From: Eledone cirrhosa
Lineage: Eukaryota
DNA: 64,000 nt
Direction of reading: 5' to 3'
NCBI GenBank assembly: GCA_964016885.1
Contig: OZ024741.1
Location: 188,294,001 to 188,358,000, forward strand
A model generated the notes under the pieces. The model was not told the DNA's origin and searched no databases. It was given only the letters and a program-made list of their open reading frames with translations. The translations under genes were made by a program, and so were the position numbers. Positions 54,801 to 64,000 of the stretch are shown piece after piece (the stretch's first letter is position 1; each line of letters starts with the position of its first letter).

Positions 54801-57776
54801 AGGCTGGAAATTTAAGAAAATTTAAGAAAAGGATTAGCAATGGATGTAAGGAAAAAGATATTTATAGGGATTGAACAGAAATTGGGTATTAACAAATAGA
54901 GGTAGGTTTTAAACTTCAAATATCTCATAAATTACTTCCATTTTGGGTTTATATGTGGCTGGTATGCCTAACAAGCAGCCTAGTTTAGAACCACCCACTG
55001 TTCCTTTAATGTTTTTAGTAGAGTTTTCTCTACTGTAAATATTCAGACCAGCCGTACCTTCCTTTGGTTCCCCACCTAACCATATTGTTCCTGCAGATGT
55101 TCAGGCAAAATATTAATTATACTAATCTGGTAGGGTAGGGACTGCAAAAGTTATGGGCACTGCTCTTCTTTTCTGATTATCTTGTAAAAGTAGAATTATA
55201 TGCTAAATATTTGATTATATAATATTTCCTTAACCTTTTGGCATTTAAACTAGTCATATCCAGCCAGAATTCTTTCACTTATTTCTGTTCAAACTGGCTG
55301 TAACCAGCCTCTCATACTGATGTTAAGGTATTGTTCTCAAAATAAATAATATCAAAATCTCATAGATTCAATATTATGTGAGAGAATTATGTGAGGTAGA
55401 GTATCAGATGAGATGTCTTGCAATGTTCGTTCCTGGTACTTTGCTTTCCAACTTCAGTGGTTTATAAGGCTGCCAACTTAATCCACTACACAGATAAATA
55501 CGAGCAACTGATGCTTGTAGCAGAGCCCACTCTGTTGTAAGCAATTAGGCCAGGTCTCCAGTTTGAGGATACTTTACTCTATCCCTCCCACCAATCTCAG
55601 AGACTGTGAAAAGCACAAGTCTTTCATTCCTGACTAAACAGTAAAAAGAAAAAAAAATATTTGAAGAAGGTATATAAATAAACTAACATAAACTGAATAA
55701 AAGTTCAACAAAACCTAGAGACTAAGGAAACTGTAGGTGATGTTTATCTCAGTAATGTTTGGAAAATATGAATATGTTTGTTATGGGTTAGTAGCATACA
55801 AGCTAAGTCATGTTTGTAAAGAAAGTCTATCAGTAAAACAAACTCTCCCTCAGTTATTATAACAAGCAGCAAAGTTATGTTAATAGTGATATCATGCATA
55901 AAGTTTATAAATTTATCATAAGCAGGCATATGGATTTGTAATGTATGTAACAGAAAATAAACAGGCGGAGCTTCTCTTGGTATGCACATAAGCATGTGAT
56001 TTAATAAAAGATGCTTTTATTTGTAATTAAACAATCAGCAAACAAAAACCAGTCAATGATTGTCCAATAAACAGCACACAGAAGAAATTAGCAGTTAGGC
56101 ATAATGGAGTGAGAGAAAGAGAAAGAAAATCTATAAAGCCGATAAAAAAGACCACAGAATAAATATCAATAATTATGACAATCTCTCTCTCTATCTGTAT
56201 TAATAATGAAATAACATTTTAACATGTAATTAACATTGATTGAATAATAGAAGAAGATTGTTGAAGAAAACACCAAATCAACAGCCAATTATATTAGATG
56301 GTGATGATGATATCCATATTCATAAGGTGCAAGAATGGCTGTGTGATTAAGAAGTTTACTTTCGTGGTCATGTGATTTCAAGTTTGATCCCAGTTGTGTG
56401 ACATCTTGAGTAAGTGTCTTCTATTGTATGTAGCCTTGAACTAACCAATGCCTTGTTAGTGAAATTGGTAGACAGAAACTGCACAGAAGCCCACTGTGTG
56501 TGGTTGTGTGTGTATGTGCAAGTATGTACATGCATGGGTGTTTTGCTTGGTGTGTCTTGTACAGACACCACAAGGACAGCTGGTCTCATCCAGCATGGAA
56601 AGATGGATGATAATGATTGAGATCATTCATATTCTTTTCACTTCCTTAGAAAAATGAAAATGAAAATTACAGTTAACACCTCTGTAGTTTTAGATGGCCT
56701 TCTATTTGGTTGCTTCTGAAAGGTAGGACATGTCTTGGGGGCTTTAATGATAAGGGCCCTGGTCCTATAATGAAAAGCAATGTGAAATGAAGCTCAAAAA
56801 ATCAATGTCCTGTCTAATTCAAGAATTGAACCCACAACCTTATGGCCAAAACCATAACCACTAGGCCACAAGTCTTCACTTCTTTGGCTGGTAATCATTG
56901 ACCATAGAAGAAAGTTAAGTACTAAAAAAAAATCACTGGTCACTACAAGAATTAACTTTCTGAACTCTGCATCAATGAGAGAGCCTCTACATGACATAAC
57001 ATGCTAAATCTTAAATAAAAAAATTAGATAATGTAGTTCTAAAATGACAGGTTGGTCACAACTGGAATATCTAACCCTGTCCCAATGACAGAGCCTCTAC
57101 ATGGTCACTCAACGTGCTAGAAATAGTAGCCAAATTAAAAAATACATCACTTCTAAAAATACAAGTTATTCGCAACTGGAATAATTTCTGTTCACAATTC
57201 TGTGGATGGAGCCAGATCAACCTGGCCTAGATGATTGCCCACATGTACAAAAATAAGTATAGATCTGCTCTCAAGAGTGACCAGAGTACTAAAGAACAAC
57301 ACGTAGCTGAATTAGAAAAGAAATCCCCAACATGAAAGCAAAACCTGGAATCACAAAAAACTTAGTAAAGGGACCTTAACTTCTGATGAAGTTGTAGAGG
57401 TACCATTCTGATACAACATGTCTTGGGAATTTTAAACCCAGTTCAGCCAACCCCTCTCCAGGCTGGAACACAGCTGATTTCTTCCAGAGAAAGAAAGAGA
57501 AAGATGTATCAAAGGAAGAATTGACTCCAGTTCTGGACTGATATCTACAGGATTTTGAGTTCAGAGCACAGTAAGGTGGAACAAACAGCAAGGCATTTTT
57601 AATCCGATGCCCTAACGGCTAGTATGTAGGAAACAAAACAGGTCATACACAAACACACATATATATATGGTTAACTGAACACATACATGCTTTCTCTCCC
57701 AAAAAATGTTTCAGTTTCTTCCTTTTCTGACTTCCTTCTATCTTTCTATTTCTTATCTTATATCCCATTCTATCTT

Positions 57777-57805
57777 CTGATGAAGGGCTAAGGTCTGAAA
57801 TGTTA
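57777..57805 (+). ncRNA. Degenerate minimal hammerhead remnant
   Basis: CTGATGA agggctaaggtct GAAA tgtta. Core present but stems decayed. Confidence 0.35.
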
Positions 57806-60800
57806 TTACTCTTTTCCTACCATATAAAACATTGTATTTTCATTGTACTGTATTGTTTATCCATTTGGGAATGGTGAATCACACAGAATTGTATCCAACC
57901 AGCTAGATGCGACAAATTGAGCGTTTTAGAAATGTGCAAATAATATACAAAGAAATATATGTATTAACTCATAACTCTAGATGGAGCCATAGGGGCACCA
58001 TATTGACATAGTGTACCATAGGCATTTAAAAGCAGGTGGAGTAGAGCTTCTCTGAAGGTCTGAACACAGTCAATTTCTTCCAGAAAAGGAGAGAGTGAAA
58101 GAGAAGTAAGAAAGATAAATAGAGAAAGAATCAGTCCCAGTACTGGAATGGTATTTTTTTTATCGACTTTGAAAGACTCAGAGAGCTGGAACAAATACTG
58201 TAAAGTATTCTATCCAATGTTCTAATGACTCTGCCAATTCGCCACCTATAAACAAAGAAGTTTAGACCCTAAAATAAAATTTTTTTTCTGATATTTCTTT
58301 TAATGTACTCTGAAAACTACCTTTTTTTTCTCCAAAATACTGTACTAACTTTAGCATTTATATTACTCTATATATACTATTGTATTTTTGCAGTAAAGGC
58401 TTTATCTCACATAATATCGAATCTATGTGATTTTGATATTATTTATTTTGAGAACAATACCTTAACATCAATATTAGTGGCCAGTTACAGCTGGTTTCAA
58501 CAGAAAGAGGTGAGAGAATTCTGGCTGGTTTAAATGCTAAAGGTTTAAACAGTAACCTTTTCATCTATCTATCACAATGCTTAATGGTTATATAATATTC
58601 TATTTTTCCTTGGGAGTGAGGGGTGTCTTTTCAGAAATTAAAGCAATAAATTCATCAAGAGTCTCATAACCTGACATTTATTCTTGAAAAGATAAACCAC
58701 TCTGTAAAATTTCAGTTACTTAGGTAAACAAATACAGTCAACGAATTTAAACCAGCCATATCCGGTCAGAATTCTCTCACCTCTCTCTATTCAAACTGGC
58801 CATAACCGGCCACTCATACTTATGTTAAGGTACTGTTCTCAAAATAAATAATATCAAAATCTCAGATTTGATATTATGTGAGATAGTTATGTAATGTAAA
58901 GACTTTACAATAGTAAATAAAGGGTTAAACATACATGCATTTATTCAGTCATTCACTTTTATATATTACGATTAGAGTTTCAAAGATCAAAGTAACCTTG
59001 TAATGTAAAAAATGACAGGGAACATGTTAATTAAACAATTAGGAGGAGGAGGGACTTGATGTAGGTTTTTTTTTTTTTTATCAAAGCATTGCATTGCTAA
59101 TAATATAGTTTCCTACAACAGGAAAAACTGCAACCACACAACTAAATTACAAAACTGTAACGATGACATGCAGACATGTCGGCAAATAAGACAAATAGAA
59201 TTACAAACGAATATGCAACCAGGCAAAATGAAATGAGCAAGTGAGAGGTGGGGAAAATCAATAGAAGAAACAGGCAAGATATTATGATTCCACCCACCCA
59301 ATCATTTCAACATATAACATACACATACAGAGAGAGAGAGAGGGGGGGGGGTATGTTGTCAATCTACTATCAGAATACACTTTAACACCTGAAGCAATGA
59401 AATAACTGGATTTAATTAAAATCATAAGCTTGTTTTATTTAATTTCTCCTATCCCCCCTCTCTCTCACCCCCTCACCTCTTTCTCTCTCTCTCTCTCTCT
59501 TTCTTTGCAGAACTAGGTCATATAATAGAAAAGCTACTTTGTCAAGGAAAGGAGAAAGATTTCTAATCAGTAAAATAATTGCTCCATTTACTGGCTTACA
59601 GAGGGGGTTTCCACATGGTTATTTGACCTGCTAGAAATAGCAACCAAATCTCCATAAAATCACAATTTACTGTGTTAAAAAATAAAGGAAAGACACATTG
59701 GATAATGTAATCGTAAATACACTATGTCAAAAAAAAAAATACTAATAGTAAATGCATCACATTTGAGAGAGAGAGATGGAGTGTGAAGAAAAAGTGTGGA
59801 AATAAATAAAGTATGAGAGGAGATGATTAGAAGTGAGAGGATGAGTAGAAGTAAAGAAAATGTGAGAGGGATAGAGAGGGGGGTATGGTAGTGAGAGTGG
59901 AAAGTTGGGATTAGATTTTAACAGAGAGGGGGGAGGGCGATTAAAAACAGTAAAATTCGTGGTATCACTGCACCTTTAGTCTCCCCCCCCCCTCTCTCTC
60001 TCTCTCTCCGAAGTACTTTTGAAATGTATCTTAGAGAATAAAATAGTTTGATTCATTGAGAATCTGTCCATTTCGTTATCCAGGAATGTTAGATATAATG
60101 TCATTTTTTTTTCCTATCAGAAGATTTCTATTAACTCTTAACATCCTGTACCACATTAGCAAGAGATTCTCGAAAAGTACAAAACAGAACTATGACTATC
60201 ATATTAAAAATTAAAGCCATTATTTTAGTTTACTACAAATTTTCACAACAATCTGTCCATTACAAGTAAAGATACTACAAACATTTGAATTAACAAACAT
60301 TTAAAAAGATATTTTCTGCTAAATCATTACAAATAATAACAAAGACTTAATAAGATATCAGTTCTATATATGACATTATTTTTGACAGCATGGATAAACT
60401 AGTATAATACACAAAATAATCTAATTTAAAAGTTTATTGTAAAACATCAAAGATGATATTGGTTACTGGTTTACAAAACAGACAGAAAAAATTACTGGAA
60501 CCCAAAGCTAAAGTAAATACTCAGGCTTAAAGAAAAGAACTGTCACACTTTAGAACTATATTTGGTCGGCAGAAGAATTTAATGTATTTATTTAATTAAA
60601 TAGTATTGAAGGAAGTTCAAATGAAATGAGAAGCCTAATATTAATTTCTATCATGAAATGATGATGGTGATGGTGGTGGTAGTGGTCTTGTTGGTGGTGA
60701 TAGTGGTGGTGTGGTGATTGTAATGATGATGATGATGATGATGATGGTGGTGACAGTGGTGGTGTGGTGATTGTGATGGTGATGATGATATTAAAGAAAC

Positions 60801-61189
60801 TTTAATTAAAAGCCATATAGTTTTCAAAAAATCATAAAGGGTTCATTTTTCTTTTCGTTGTTTGATACCACAGGGACTGGAATTCTCCAGGGTTTCATTA
60901 TAATAGTTTTGAAAAATGTAAATGGTTTACAAATGCTTGACAGCTGGGTAAGAGGGGGAGGGTTCTAATTAGATGGTTGATAAAGGGTTTACATGGCTGT
61001 ACACTATATCAGAAATGTTAACAGACAGACAGTGAAGCTAGTGTTAATATATTAATATACATTGAACAGTAAACTAACAAGCCAGAGAGAAAGTAGAGAG
61101 ATAGAGAGAGATACTCGGACAGGCAGCTAGATGACCAGACAGATGAAGACAAACAGATCGTTAGGTAGATGAATATAGATAAATAGATA

Positions 61190-61700
61190 TGTTTCTTTAT
61201 TAGCCACAGGGGCACAAAAGAAGGGGACAAATACAAAGGGGGAAGTTTACATACAATAAAAACGTGTAAAATACTATCACAAATGCAATTTAAAAATTAA
61301 TCGATTTTCCCCAATAGGGGGAGACATTTCATATGGGTAACACATACCCCCGAAAAATGTGCAACCCTCATCTCCGGGAGTACGAAGAGTTTGTACCCCT
61401 TTCCTCTCTTCCTCTTTTTGCTCAACCTACAGGCTGATATAGAGAGAAAGCCCATTCACTCGGGCCATTCTCGCCACTTTCACCCACCTTTCATAAAACT
61501 TGCTGGGGTACAGCACCTCTCTCTCTCCATCCTGATTCTTCTTCCAAAGTGGTATTTGAAAAAAAGAATCAGTTGTTGGCCGGAGAGAAAGGTGTCTGAC
61601 CTCAGCCCGTTTAACTTCGTCCACCATACAACCTCTTTCACCATAGCCATAACACATAGGAAAACCGCCTCTCCTTCGTTTTTGAAGGAGGGTGGCGGTT
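61190..61700 (-). mobile_element. Tx1/L1-like LINE 3' end
   Basis: EAVFLCVMAMVKEVVWWTKLNGL...LILFFKYHF..RIRMERE / FYERWVKVARM, followed by a UTR with AATAAA and a simple-repeat tail. Confidence 0.6.
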
Positions 61701-62602
61701 TGATAATGACAATGATAAATAGATAGATAGATATATAGAGAGATAAATATACAGATGGATATATAGAGGCAGACAGACCTGCCAAAGAGATATATGTATA
61801 CAGACAGATACATAGATAGATGTAGATACAAAGCCAAAATAGTGATAAAAGTATTAACTAAATATATAAGAGTGTACATTTATTGACATAGGAAAATAGA
61901 TTTGCTTATAAATGAAAAACAAAGTGGCTGTCCTTCTATACTTTGCTGATGAGAACAGAATAACACAGAAACATGTCATCAGTTGTCTGCTATAATTGCC
62001 GGGAAATGAGAAATAGTAATTGTCTAATATTGCTTGTTTCCTCAACACATGCTTATATACAGTTAGATTGTTTAGGTCCTGTGTATATAATATGTGAACA
62101 CAATCTTAACTATCTGTCTATCTACCTATCTGTTTCCATCCATCTATCTATCTATCTATCTATCTCACCACACATTCCTAGTTAGCTTTCCAATGTTCCT
62201 CACATTAAATATCTTAACACTTTGTCTCCCCCTCTCTCCTACTCTTTATCTATATCTCTATCTCATCACATAATTATTTCTAGTTAAGCTTTTTAATGCT
62301 CTATGTATTAAATGTGTTAACACAAACTTTATTTTCCATGTAGATAGTATCTTTAACAAACAAAACACTAACTACATATGCACACACATATTCATACACA
62401 CAGATGATCAGAGAGAGAGAGAGAGAGGGGGAGAGATGGGGGAGAGCAATAATAAATATACAGAAACTATCAGATAAAGAGATTAACTAATCAGTAGTAA
62501 GATATCAGATAACTGAGAAAATATCTTCATCTCTCTGTCTCATCACAAAAAATAATTTGTGAAGTAGTAGAAGAAATATATATATATATATATATATATA
62601 TA

Positions 62603-63050
62603 TCATCATCATCATCATCATCATCACCGTTTTACGTCCGTTCTTCCACGCTAGCATGGGTTAGACGGGTTGTCCTGTTGTGGGCAGTGTCTGGTCGGCT
62701 GACCATGCCTTGCTCATACAGGAACTGATCTGGCTTGATTTCTACAGCTGGATGCCCTTCCTAACACCAACCTCATTTACAGTGAGTGCTGGGTGCTTTT
62801 TCGTGGCGCCTACACGTCCACTTTACAGTGTGGGCTGGGTGCTTTTTTGCCGTGGCACCTCCACGACCACCTTGCGGTGGGGGGGGGGGGGGGGGGGCAT
62901 ATTGTTTATATGCTTCAGCATGTACCCATGGGAGGTCGGGTACCCTGTATTACTGCGTGACGCCAGAAGTCACGGTCGTGTGTCATTGACTTTGAGAGGT
63001 GTAGTTGGGTAAGGTCGGCTTTTATCACCTCATCCCAAGTCATCTTGGGA
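62603..63050 (-). mobile_element. RTE family-2 LINE 3' end
   Basis: PKMTWDEVIKADLTQLHLSKSMTHDRDFWRHAVIQGTRPPMGTC*, then UTR and (TGA)n tail, flanked by (TA)n. Confidence 0.85.
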
Positions 63051-63248
63051 TATATATATATATTATATATATATATATTATATATATATATATTATATAT
63101 ATATATATTATATATCTATTATATATCTATATATTATATATCTATATATTATATATCTATATATTATATATCTATATATTATATATCTATATATTATATA
63201 TCTATATATTATATATATATATTATATATATATATTATATATATATAT

Positions 63249-63409
<161 letters not shown>

Positions 63410-64000
63410 TAACATCATAAATCAGAAACCAAATTAGTTGATAACAGCACTGAAATTTTGTATAGAATTCCACAAAAATACTAGATTAGCTATAGAAGAT
63501 TTATTAATAGCAAAATACCAACCAAAACTCAACTCAGATATAGCATACATAAATCAAACTATGAAAGTCAGGATTTAAGCATTAAACAATATTTAATGTG
63601 GTGATGATGGTTTCATCAGTTATAACATCATTTCTAAGATCCCTTGCTGCCATCTACAAACACATCGACAATGCACCACTATCATCAATTCATTCAAAAT
63701 ACAAAGCCATGAAAAACTTGGAACATTAATGGACTTAAGAATGTTAATGTTCCAAACTAAACATAAAGGACTACAACAACAACACCAGAAACATTTTAAA
63801 ACCATTTTCCCTGCCTTTGCAGGCCCAATAACACATTATGAAGTAAACAAATGTATCTCAAATATCGAGTTTGAAACGCGAGTGTATTAGAATTCATATA
63901 ATAATTGGTAGAACTCAGTGCAAAGAAGCTGTTAAAACTGCAAAATGCTGTCAATGGCGGCATTGAGTAAAATTTACCTCAAAGGATAGAAATCAGTGGC

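Noticed and set aside
61946-61982. CTGATGA...GAAACATGTC hammerhead-like string
   Set aside because: Neither stem II nor stem I can be formed. At most a decayed remnant.
63838-63885. GAAACGCG with small hairpin
   Set aside because: No CUGAnGA box and no valid cleavage triplet.

Overview
Eukaryotic, AT-rich, repeat-saturated DNA. The long (TA)n/(TATACA)n tracts, tRNA-derived SINEs and RTE/CR1 LINE debris suggest a coleoid cephalopod such as Octopus (inference). The only host gene I can support is an FBXO11-like F-box gene on the minus strand, with two phase-compatible exons (29923-29729 and 5364-5220) separated by a ~24.4-kb intron. No start exon or downstream exon was found, so most of the window is probably intronic. 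It contains fragments of RTE, CR1, Ingi/Vingi-like, CRE-like and Tx1/L1-like LINEs, a Helitron helicase fragment, two SINE families and at least 8 copies of a TTAA piggyBac-type MITE. The most striking unexplained signal is about 13 type-I hammerhead-ribozyme motifs on both strands, in several structural subfamilies. Several are complete when folded by hand, and some lie inside long near-perfect palindromes (7332-7800, 38634-39172), as expected for termini of Penelope-like elements. All folding and family assignments were done by eye. The YI-repeat ORFs are microsatellite artefacts.
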